In this document: positions 8,233 to 15,299 of the stretch, piece after piece
Layout: the number at the start of each line of letters is the position of its first letter
Numbering within the stretch: position 1 is the first letter of the stretch
NCBI GenBank assembly: GCA_016699955.1
Contig: CP064993.1
Location: forward strand, 540,001 to 572,000
Length of the DNA: 32,000 nt
DNA from: Candidatus Saccharimonadota bacterium
Lineage (GTDB): Bacteria > Patescibacteriota > Saccharimonadia > Saccharimonadales > UBA4665
Direction: 5' to 3'
Notes under the pieces: generated by a model
What the model was told of the DNA's origin: nothing
What the model saw: only the letters and a program-made list of their open reading frames with translations
The model's database searches: none
Translations under genes and position numbers: made by a program

Positions 8233-9078
8233 ATGAAAAGGGGTGGCAAAAATATATCTACCCATGGCTTTACCGTCGTAGAGACGTTGATTGTTTTGGC
8301 TGTCACAAGTGGTTTATTTGTTATTACCGCCGTGGCTATAAATGGCCGCCAGCAAAAAACAGAGTTTCAAGTAGGTATACGAAATCTACAGCAGCAGTTT
8401 CAGCAAATTATTACTGAGGCCGCAACGGGCTATTATCCGGTAAGCTCTTCCTTCCGGTGTAGCCTTATCGGGGGTGGTGATAACGTTAGGCTACAGGGCG
8501 GCGGGTCGAATGAGCAGGGTAGCAACGAGGCATGCACGTTTGTTGGCAAAGCTTTGGTAGTCGGAGGCCCTGATCATTTAGATAACTACAGTGTTTTCTC
8601 CTTGGCAGCACGGCGTGTGCTGGACGACGGTGTGACAGAGGTGCGTAATCCAGCAGAAGCCATGGTGACGGCAATAGCTCCTAGCTCGGCTAATGGTAGT
8701 TCTCCCGATACGCAAATCACTAAGCCTATACCGAATGCGCTCACCTTTGTCTCTGCGCGTCCGGTAGGGTTGGGGTGGGCTTCCGGGGAAGTTGCGGCTA
8801 GTTTCTTAAGTGGGTTCGCAAATTTCGAAGGTAGTGGGGAGGAAACTGGGGGCTCCCAGCGGCTTGAGCTGCGGGGGTTTGCAAACTGGTCAACTGGTGT
8901 CAGCGACGCCGATGCCATCGACAGGGAAGCAATCCCCGGTCCAGGACGGTACCCACTTTTCCCAAATGGTGTTGAATATTGTTTCCGTAGTAATGGCACT
9001 AATCAATCCGCCATTGTGACTATTTCCAGTGGGCTTGCAGTTAGCTATAAGATAAAAGCAGGAATCACATGCACGTAA
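8233..9078 (+). CDS. Pilin-like protein (minor pilin), 281 aa
   Basis: Class III signal MKRGGKNISTHG | FTVVETLIVLAVTSGLF, with Glu+5. First gene of a four-gene overlapping set. Confidence 0.8.
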   Translation: MKRGGKNISTHGFTVVETLIVLAVTSGLFVITAVAINGRQQKTEFQVGIRNLQQQFQQIITEAATGYYPVSSSFRCSLIGGGDNVRLQGGGSNEQGSNEACTFVGKALVVGGPDHLDNYSVFSLAARRVLDDGVTEVRNPAEAMVTAIAPSSANGSSPDTQITKPIPNALTFVSARPVGLGWASGEVAASFLSGFANFEGSGEETGGSQRLELRGFANWSTGVSDADAIDREAIPGPGRYPLFPNGVEYCFRSNGTNQSAIVTISSGLAVSYKIKAGITCT

Positions 9079-9506
9079 TAAACCGACTCATGGCCACAAG
9101 ATTTCATACAACAAATCAGCGTGGCGACACCATTGTAGAGGTGCTTATTGCAATTGCTTTAGTTAGTTTGGTTTTAACATCTGCTTATGCTCTTACGAAT
9201 AAAAATGTCCGTGCCACTCAAGAAGTTCAAGAACAAAGCTACGCTCAGAAACTTGCCGAACAACAGGTTGAATTACTGCGCGCTTCTAACCCAAAGCCAA
9301 CAGCGAGCAGCTGTTTTGACCCGAATACAGGGGCAACATTGGCACTGATTAGTGTAGCCTGCAGACCTACAGTGGGCAACGTAAACTACAGCATTGAAGT
9401 AGCCAGAGATTCGGTTGTACCTGAAAAGTACAGCGTGAGGGTGACCTGGGATACGTTAAGCGGTCGTACTGCGAAGGTAACTGTGTATTATAAGGTGGCA
9501 CCGTAA
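9069..9506 (+). CDS. Pilin-like protein with atypical cleavage site (Gly | Asp-Thr-Ile-Val-Glu)
   Basis: ...TTNQRG | DTIVEVLIAIALVSLVLTSAY has Glu+5 and the hydrophobic helix, but Asp replaces Phe/Met at +1. An alternative in-frame ATG lies at 9090. It overlaps the previous gene by 10 nt. Confidence 0.7.
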   Translation: MHVINRLMATRFHTTNQRGDTIVEVLIAIALVSLVLTSAYALTNKNVRATQEVQEQSYAQKLAEQQVELLRASNPKPTASSCFDPNTGATLALISVACRPTVGNVNYSIEVARDSVVPEKYSVRVTWDTLSGRTAKVTVYYKVAP

Positions 9507-10162
9507 TGACTAGACATTCTGTGCGACGCCATTCTGGAGGCTTTACCATTGTTGAACTGATGATTGCAACAATGGTTTTCTCGGTTATTCTTACTGTGGT
9601 GACTATGGGGGTTATTTCGTTTAGTAATCGCTACTACAAGGGAGTGCATACTTCGGCTACCCAATCTGCTGCGCGGTCAATTATGGACACGATTACGCAA
9701 TCAATTCAGTTTGGTTCGGCCACAGTTACACCAAGCGGTAGCAATAACTTTTTTTGCGCCGGAGGATCTGTTTTTCTGTTCGATACTAACGGCGTTATGT
9801 TCAATAATACGCCCGGCCAAAGGGGTGTCTATGTCACCCCAAAGACGGGGGATGCCTGTGTTGACCAGGCTGTAACTGGAGGCAGGCAGCTACTAGGCAA
9901 CCGTATGCGGGTGGCTTCTATAAGCGTTGCTCCACTGGGTGGAGTCCCAAATATGTACCAGGTAAGTGTTGTTGTTGCGTACGGGGACGATACGGTTCTA
10001 TGCGCACCTTCGTTACCGCAGCAATGTCAGGAAACCGCTAGTTACACCGCCCCTAGTTTTATTAATCTGCCAGATATTACGTGTAAACCGGGCAATGGTA
10101 ATCAGTATTGTGCAGTCAGTCGGCTGAAGGCAAGTGTTCAAAAAAGAGTAGTGCCGAGCTAA
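9506..10162 (+). CDS. Pilin-like protein (minor pilin), 218 aa
   Basis: MTRHSVRRHSGG | FTIVELMIATMVFSVIL. The start overlaps the previous stop (TAATG). Several Cys in the globular part. Confidence 0.8.
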   Translation: MTRHSVRRHSGGFTIVELMIATMVFSVILTVVTMGVISFSNRYYKGVHTSATQSAARSIMDTITQSIQFGSATVTPSGSNNFFCAGGSVFLFDTNGVMFNNTPGQRGVYVTPKTGDACVDQAVTGGRQLLGNRMRVASISVAPLGGVPNMYQVSVVVAYGDDTVLCAPSLPQQCQETASYTAPSFINLPDITCKPGNGNQYCAVSRLKASVQKRVVPS

Positions 10163-10175
10163 AATAGAAGGTATA

Positions 10176-11798
10176 ATGAAAATAAGCATGAGCAGAGTAA
10201 AACGACAAGATGAACGAGGACTGGTATCGTTTATGATTACCATTGTCATGATGGTGGTTATTTCTCTCATTGTGATTGGTTTTACACAAGTTGCAAACCG
10301 CAATCGCCGCCAAGCGCTTGACAGGCAGCTTAGTACGCAGGCGTTTTACGCCGCCGAATCTGGTGTAAACGACGCTATACGGGTGATACGTGCAGCCCAG
10401 GCATCCGGATCACCGATTCTCGCCCAAGATAACTGTGATGACACGACATACTCCACCAATGCAACGTTAAACAACGACCCGCTAGTAAAGTACACCTGTG
10501 TGCTCGTCAACCCGACGGTACCAAATATTGAAACAGTAGCTACGACCCAGGCTTCAATGGTTGTGCCACTGAATCTTACCGATTCCACCGGCGGTAACTT
10601 ACCGCCAACCGCAACCGTCCCCCTCACGTTTACATGGAAGGTGGCGGCCAGTGCAAACCCAGATCCTGCGCTGTGTCAGACAAGCGGTAACTTTGTCCCA
10701 AATAACGCTGCCAACCAGTGTGGCTATGCGCTGCTACGCGTCGACCTGATGCAAATGGAAGCTTTTTCTGACGCAACATCCGCTGCTAACAACACAAAAA
10801 CATTCTATATGCAGCCAGTTTCATCAGGCGCGAGTTCGTCCAGTTTTAGCAATTTTGGAGCTCCAAAAGCCACTATTGTGCCCGCTGCTTGCAACGCGGC
10901 AGCACAAACCTGTACGGCCACCCTTGATATGACTGGCTCTGCAAAAAATCCCTCGCGCTACACAGCCCGAGTAAGTGCTATGTACAGAGATAGCCCGTTA
11001 GTTATGATTGACGGTGGGACTGCCGGAAATGCTTATTTCAGCGGCGCACAAGCAAGTATTGATGTAACCGGAAAGGCACAAGACACGCTGCGCCGTATAA
11101 AAGTACGTGTACCGCTCAGAGACTTTGCGACCGAGAACTTGCCACTAGGTGGGGTGCAATCACAGTCAACAGTCTGCAAGCGGTTTACGGTAAACAATTC
11201 GTTTGTTCGGGATGAGTGTGCACCGGCACCTGTTCCACCTGGCCCTGGCCCTGGCCCTGGTCCTGGCCCTGGCCCTGGACCGGGGCCAGGTCCTGGCCCT
11301 GGACCTGGACCGACTGTGACCTGTGAAACAGTAAGGGGGACATTTTCTGGTGACGTAACCGTATTTGGACCTGGGCATGGGGTAGCTACGGCTAACGCAC
11401 CGCTAAACGGACCACTGAAAGCAGGCTGTACCTATAACTATGTAATTACTTACGGAGACGATAATCATGAGAGCTCTCGAAATGCGTGTAACGCAGGTGA
11501 TAGGGGTGCATGTGACGTGTGGCATCAGCCAGAGGAGCGTTTTTATTCACAGGCTGTTACTAGCACCGGCCAAGTACTTGCGACATTGGCAACCTCAGGA
11601 GATGTTCCAGATAATGTCGGTAGATCAGACGGTAGTAGCCGGTTAAGTTTAAGCGGTACAGTGACAATTCCGGGGGCTACTGATAGCACGTCATTCTTAC
11701 GGTTAGTGCACGCACCCATAGCATCTCCTACCGGTGTCGACTGGATAGATGGCAATAGCGTTCACATTTACGGTATGGTATTTACGCCGGTTCCCTAA
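10176..11798 (+). CDS. Large PilX-like minor pilin with (Pro-Gly)12 hinge and C-terminal Cys-containing module; candidate tip adhesin
   Basis: The N-terminus ...KRQDERGLVSFMITIVMMVVISLIVIGFTQVANRNRRQALDRQLSTQAFYAAESGVNDA resembles the PilX N-terminal domain and has no Glu+5. It is 540 aa. The PG repeat is encoded at 11238-11312 and is followed by about 160 aa. It is the last gene of the pilin set. Confidence 0.7.
   Translation: MKISMSRVKRQDERGLVSFMITIVMMVVISLIVIGFTQVANRNRRQALDRQLSTQAFYAAESGVNDAIRVIRAAQASGSPILAQDNCDDTTYSTNATLNNDPLVKYTCVLVNPTVPNIETVATTQASMVVPLNLTDSTGGNLPPTATVPLTFTWKVAASANPDPALCQTSGNFVPNNAANQCGYALLRVDLMQMEAFSDATSAANNTKTFYMQPVSSGASSSSFSNFGAPKATIVPAACNAAAQTCTATLDMTGSAKNPSRYTARVSAMYRDSPLVMIDGGTAGNAYFSGAQASIDVTGKAQDTLRRIKVRVPLRDFATENLPLGGVQSQSTVCKRFTVNNSFVRDECAPAPVPPGPGPGPGPGPGPGPGPGPGPGPGPTVTCETVRGTFSGDVTVFGPGHGVATANAPLNGPLKAGCTYNYVITYGDDNHESSRNACNAGDRGACDVWHQPEERFYSQAVTSTGQVLATLATSGDVPDNVGRSDGSSRLSLSGTVTIPGATDSTSFLRLVHAPIASPTGVDWIDGNSVHIYGMVFTPVP
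11238..11312 (+). repeat. Hexanucleotide microsatellite (CCTGGN)12 encoding (Pro-Gly)12-Pro
   Basis: The sequence reads directly as cct ggc cct ggc cct ggc cct ggt cct ggc cct ggc cct gga ccg ggg cca ggt cct ggc cct gga cct gga ccg. Confidence 0.95.
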
Positions 11799-11926
11799 GC
11801 AGTCAGTGAACCTAGCTCGACGCAAAGACTAAGTACTAAAGTGGTGCGGGTTCGGTGGCCCCGGAAGGCTTCGCTCTCGCTTGATAGCTCGAAGCGCTGA
11901 TAATCGTTTTTACCAACGAGTCGGGG

Positions 11927-12835
11927 TTATTTATGGTGGAATTTTTCGTGCACTGCTTTTAGGTGTGGGTCAGTGACATGAGTATAGATTTGCGTGGTTG
12001 CTATGTTGCTATGCCCAAGCATGGCCTGCACGGAGCGCAAGTCAGCACCATTCATGAGTAGGTTGGTAGCGAAAGAGTGCCGTAAGGTGTGAGGGCTAAC
12101 GTGTTTGGTAATACCTGCGAGCAAGGCGTAGTGGGCGACAAGGCGTTGAATACTGCGAGCAGTTAGGCGATGAAAGTTGCCGCTGCGGTCGACCGTTTTG
12201 CGCCCACCGTAACGAATAAAAAGCGGCTTCACCGTATCGTTTCGTTTTTCGACGTAACGTTGCAGCCATTCTGCAGCTTCGGTGCTGATGAAAATGGGTC
12301 TGTCCTTTTGACCTTTTCCGCGCACCATAAATTCGCGTCGTTTGAGATTTATGTGGTCTTTATCAAGCCCGACAAGCTCCGACACGCGTAGCCCCGAGCT
12401 AAATAGTAGCTCAAGTATGGCTCTGTCGCGTAAACCTGCTTCTGTGCTGGTGTCAGGCTGTTCAAAAACACGGGCTAGCTCGTCTTCATTTAAAAAAGTT
12501 ACTTGCGGCCGTGTTGTACGGGAAAGTTCGATTGTGTCTGGTGGCATACACTCTATGCCGCGCTTATGGCAAAATTTGAGGAAACTTCTGAGCGCTATAA
12601 GATGGTAATTTAATGTGGTTTTTTGCAATTCGTCGTTTACGTTTGTGCCGAGCCGGTTGAGCCACAGTCGCCATTTGCGCACAAGTTCCTGGTTTACATC
12701 TTGCACAGTAATATCTCCCGCGTAGTCAGCAAGACGAGTCAGGTAATGGTCATAGTTGCGAATAGTTTTTTGTGAGCGATTTTGCTCAATTTCTAGATAT
12801 TCCAAAAAATCTGTCTTCGCTTTTGTAAACTGCAT
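11927..12835 (-). CDS. Tyrosine site-specific recombinase, XerC/XerD-like
   Basis: N-terminal SAM-like core-binding domain (FLEYLEIEQNRSQKTIRNYDHYL). The catalytic set is GLRVSEL, HTLRHSFAT, LGH and the Tyr in TTQIYTHV. I prefer the ATG at 12835 (MQFTKAK..., 302 aa) to the ORF-track start at 12892. Confidence 0.85.
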   Translation of the reverse strand: MQFTKAKTDFLEYLEIEQNRSQKTIRNYDHYLTRLADYAGDITVQDVNQELVRKWRLWLNRLGTNVNDELQKTTLNYHLIALRSFLKFCHKRGIECMPPDTIELSRTTRPQVTFLNEDELARVFEQPDTSTEAGLRDRAILELLFSSGLRVSELVGLDKDHINLKRREFMVRGKGQKDRPIFISTEAAEWLQRYVEKRNDTVKPLFIRYGGRKTVDRSGNFHRLTARSIQRLVAHYALLAGITKHVSPHTLRHSFATNLLMNGADLRSVQAMLGHSNIATTQIYTHVTDPHLKAVHEKFHHK

Positions 12836-13144
12836 ATACTTATACAGTATCGGGTATTGGAGGGGAAGTATCAAGTGCGCACCACACCCCAACCGGCTAC
12901 AAGTTTACTAATTGTTACGATTTTCATATTTAGTAAACTCAGTTAACAGAGGGTGAGGTCTGACTTTTGGATGTTCCTGTTATGGTTGGTCTGTAGGCTA
13001 CGCCAATCACGCGTCAATAACTTGGCGCTTACACTGAGTTTGGGTTTGCAGCGTGCTTAGAAATAATTGGGCCTTGCGTACTGCATCCAGAGGTTTCCAT
13101 ATGCGTGTCTATCTGTTACAATGCGAGGAAAAGAAAGGATTTTG

Positions 13145-13657
13145 ATGGAACAAACGCTTGTAGTTTTTAAGCCAGATGCCGTGATGCGTGGCATAGTAGG
13201 GGAAATTTTGACGCGCTTTGAACGAGCCGGATTTAAAGTTGTAGGTATGAAAATGGTGCAGCCGGATTACGAACATTTCCACGGTCATTATGAGGGAATC
13301 GGCACGCTGAAAACGCGCAAAGGCGACGAAATATTTGAGAGCCAACTAGCAGCCATGCAGGTTGGGCCTGTTATTGCCATGGTACTCGAGGGGGTCGAAT
13401 CGGTCGAGTTTGTGCGCAAAATGGTAGGTGATACGCAACCAAAAACAGCTCTCCCAGGCACTATTCGCGGTGACTATGCACACGTCACTTATGGGCAAGC
13501 AGCATCTGCTGGAATGGGTGTGGCTAATCTTGTGCATGCTTCGGCAACAACGGAGGAGGCAGAAAAAGAGATTGCACATTGGTTTAGCGAGAGCGAATTG
13601 TTTGACTACCAAACGGTGCACGATTTCTTTACTCAACCGCGCAAAAAGGCTAAATAA
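13145..13657 (+). CDS. ndk: Nucleoside diphosphate kinase
   Basis: MEQTLVVFKPDAVMRGIVGEILTRFERAGFKVVGMK... with the active-site His context NLVHAS. I prefer the ATG at 13145, which is preceded by AGGAAAAGAAAGGA. A TGtTACAAT box lies at 13114-13122. Confidence 0.9.
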   Translation: MEQTLVVFKPDAVMRGIVGEILTRFERAGFKVVGMKMVQPDYEHFHGHYEGIGTLKTRKGDEIFESQLAAMQVGPVIAMVLEGVESVEFVRKMVGDTQPKTALPGTIRGDYAHVTYGQAASAGMGVANLVHASATTEEAEKEIAHWFSESELFDYQTVHDFFTQPRKKAK

Positions 13658-13691
13658 CACCTTGAAAACTGAGCACATTTTGTGCTCACGA

Positions 13692-13766
13692 GTCCCGATA
13701 GTTCAACGGATAGAATAACTCCGTCCTAAGGAGCAGATGTTGGTTCGATTCCAGCTCGGGATACCA
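13692..13766 (+). tRNA. tRNA-Arg (anticodon CCT), CCA encoded
   Basis: Hand-folded cloverleaf. Acceptor GUCCCGA/UCGGGAU, D arm GUUC/GAAU, anticodon loop GUCCUAA, T arm GUUGG-UUCGAUU-CCAGC, discriminator A plus CCA. G32 and an A27-C43 mismatch are slightly unusual. Confidence 0.8.
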
Positions 13767-13776
13767 AAAAACGACT

Positions 13777-14697
13777 ATGAACTCAACTCACTATGACGTT
13801 ATTGCATTTGGCGGATGCTACCTAGACATTATTTCTACGGGTTTGCCCTTCGAGGCAGCAGGTGTCCCCGTGGAGCGAGAAATGCGAGGCAATAGCTATC
13901 TGGCCCAGCCTGGAGGGTCGGCTATCAACATGCTTAGAACTCTCCAAAAACTGGGTGGCAAGGGTATATTTATTGGAGTAAAGGGTGATGACGTCACCGG
14001 TAGATTATTGGAACAGCAATGTACAAACGAAAATCTTACTGTAAAACTGTTTCAAGCCGACGGTCGCCAGACTAACTTTGGGCTCAATATGGTTGGCCAG
14101 GAGAGCAGCCACGTGCTGTTTAGTCTCGGTAGCGCCAATCAAATGCTTACATCTGACATGCTTCTCCCTGCACTAAGTGAAATACTAACGGAAAAATCCT
14201 TTCTCTATATGGGGACACTTTTTAAACTTGATGGGCTTGCGCCCGATTTTTATAAAGTTCTTCGCCTTGCGAGACTGAAAGGTTCGAAAATTGTGGTTGA
14301 TCACGGCCGCATCTCCCCTGGAGCGCCAGCCGATCGTTATTCTCAAGTGCAAACAGTGGTATTGGCGGCGGATTACTACCTTCCAAGCAAGGCAGAGTTT
14401 CTTGAAATGTGGCAAGTAAATACCATTGAAGAAGGACTGCGGCGACTTCATAGTCAAGCGAAAGACTTGACCACCGTAGTAAAAGATGGCGGTAACGGTG
14501 CTCACTATTGGGCAGACGGCAAGGTGTGGCACGTTGCGGCTCGTAGCGTTACATACGCGCAAAATATTACTGGAGCCGGCGATGCCTTTAATGCAGGCTT
14601 TTTATGGGCCGTATCTGCGAAAAAAGCACTAGTAACCTCTGTTGAACATGCCGTTGCCGTCGCCGCTGAGCACGTAGGAAATGGCCGCAACGCGTGA
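13777..14697 (+). CDS. PfkB-family carbohydrate/nucleoside kinase
   Basis: The PfkB C-terminal signature ...NITGAGDAFNAGFLWA is present. The N-terminal beta-strand/GG region is DVIAFGGCYLDI. 306 aa. The substrate cannot be assigned. Confidence 0.8.
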   Translation: MNSTHYDVIAFGGCYLDIISTGLPFEAAGVPVEREMRGNSYLAQPGGSAINMLRTLQKLGGKGIFIGVKGDDVTGRLLEQQCTNENLTVKLFQADGRQTNFGLNMVGQESSHVLFSLGSANQMLTSDMLLPALSEILTEKSFLYMGTLFKLDGLAPDFYKVLRLARLKGSKIVVDHGRISPGAPADRYSQVQTVVLAADYYLPSKAEFLEMWQVNTIEEGLRRLHSQAKDLTTVVKDGGNGAHYWADGKVWHVAARSVTYAQNITGAGDAFNAGFLWAVSAKKALVTSVEHAVAVAAEHVGNGRNA

Positions 14698-14704
14698 CAT
14701 AATC

Positions 14705-14713
14705 TGTTACAAT
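14705..14713 (+). promoter_or_regulatory. Extended -10 box TGtTACAAT, 6 nt upstream of ATG 14720
   Basis: TGtTACAAT, then acgctt, then ATG. It lies inside the 3' end of the PfkB gene. The same atctgttacaat 12-mer occurs upstream of ndk. Confidence 0.45.
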
Positions 14714-14719
14714 ACGCTT

Positions 14720-15295
14720 ATGGCCAAAGATACGCAGACAGCCGTGACCCCAAAAGGGCAAACAAAATATTTTGAAGACCAGATGGATGACGAAGAAGTA
14801 CTTTATGTATTTCGTAAGCACCCAATTGTTATGCGTAAAGGGCTCATTGTGGGCTCACTGGGTTTGCTAGTCGGGCCTCTGTACACTCTTATTTTGACCT
14901 ATACACAGCCCAATGATCCGCCGAGTATGACGTTTTTTTACTTGAGTTTCTTGGGTAGTCTTGCGCTTAGCGCTTTATTGTTCTTCCCATCATGGATGAG
15001 CTGGCATTTTAGTGTGTTTATTGTTACGAACGAGCGCTTTATACAGATTACACAAAAAGGTTTTTTTCATCGAAGCGTGGTTGATATGGGCCTGAGCCAG
15101 ATACAAATGGTTAATTACCAGGTGAAAGGACTGCAAGAAACATTGCTCGGCTATGGTACTATTATGATGCAAACGTTTGTGGGCGACCTGCTTATACACT
15201 ACATACATCACCCGTCAAAAACCCAAAAACGTCTGCTCGAAATATTGCGCACACAGGGGGTGGCAGCGGCTGGGATGCCGCAGGGTCAAGGATAG
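14720..15295 (+). CDS. Membrane protein with bacterial PH (YdbS/YdbT-like, bPH_2) domain
   Basis: Two TM helices are followed by ...SVFIVTNERFIQITQKGFFHRSVVDMGLSQIQMVNYQVKGLQETLLGYGTIMMQT, typical of bPH_2. I prefer the ATG at 14720 to 14681, which overlaps the PfkB gene. Confidence 0.65.
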   Translation: MAKDTQTAVTPKGQTKYFEDQMDDEEVLYVFRKHPIVMRKGLIVGSLGLLVGPLYTLILTYTQPNDPPSMTFFYLSFLGSLALSALLFFPSWMSWHFSVFIVTNERFIQITQKGFFHRSVVDMGLSQIQMVNYQVKGLQETLLGYGTIMMQTFVGDLLIHYIHHPSKTQKRLLEILRTQGVAAAGMPQGQG

Positions 15296-15299
15296 ATAT

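Noticed and set aside
11166-11378. Minus-strand ORF with an RSRSRARTWPRSRARARTRARARARW repeat.
   Set aside because: It is simply the reverse-complement reading of the (CCTGGN)12 Pro-Gly microsatellite in the PilX-like gene.
11927-12892. Tyrosine recombinase as the integrase of a mobile element or genomic island. A similar island idea was considered at tRNA-Pro (30050) and tRNA-Arg (13692).
   Set aside because: Its sequence and size are XerC/D-like. I found no flanking direct repeats, tRNA-fragment duplications, phage or transposon genes, or visible compositional shift.
13067-13144. Upstream start choices in the ORF track for ndk (13067), the bPH protein (14681), the PPIase (15177), the MBL-fold protein (25824, TTG) and the recombinase (12892).
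   Set aside because: The extensions overlap promoters or neighbouring genes and add non-conserved Cys/Arg-rich residues. Internal ATGs with an RBS or a correctly spaced -10 box fit better.
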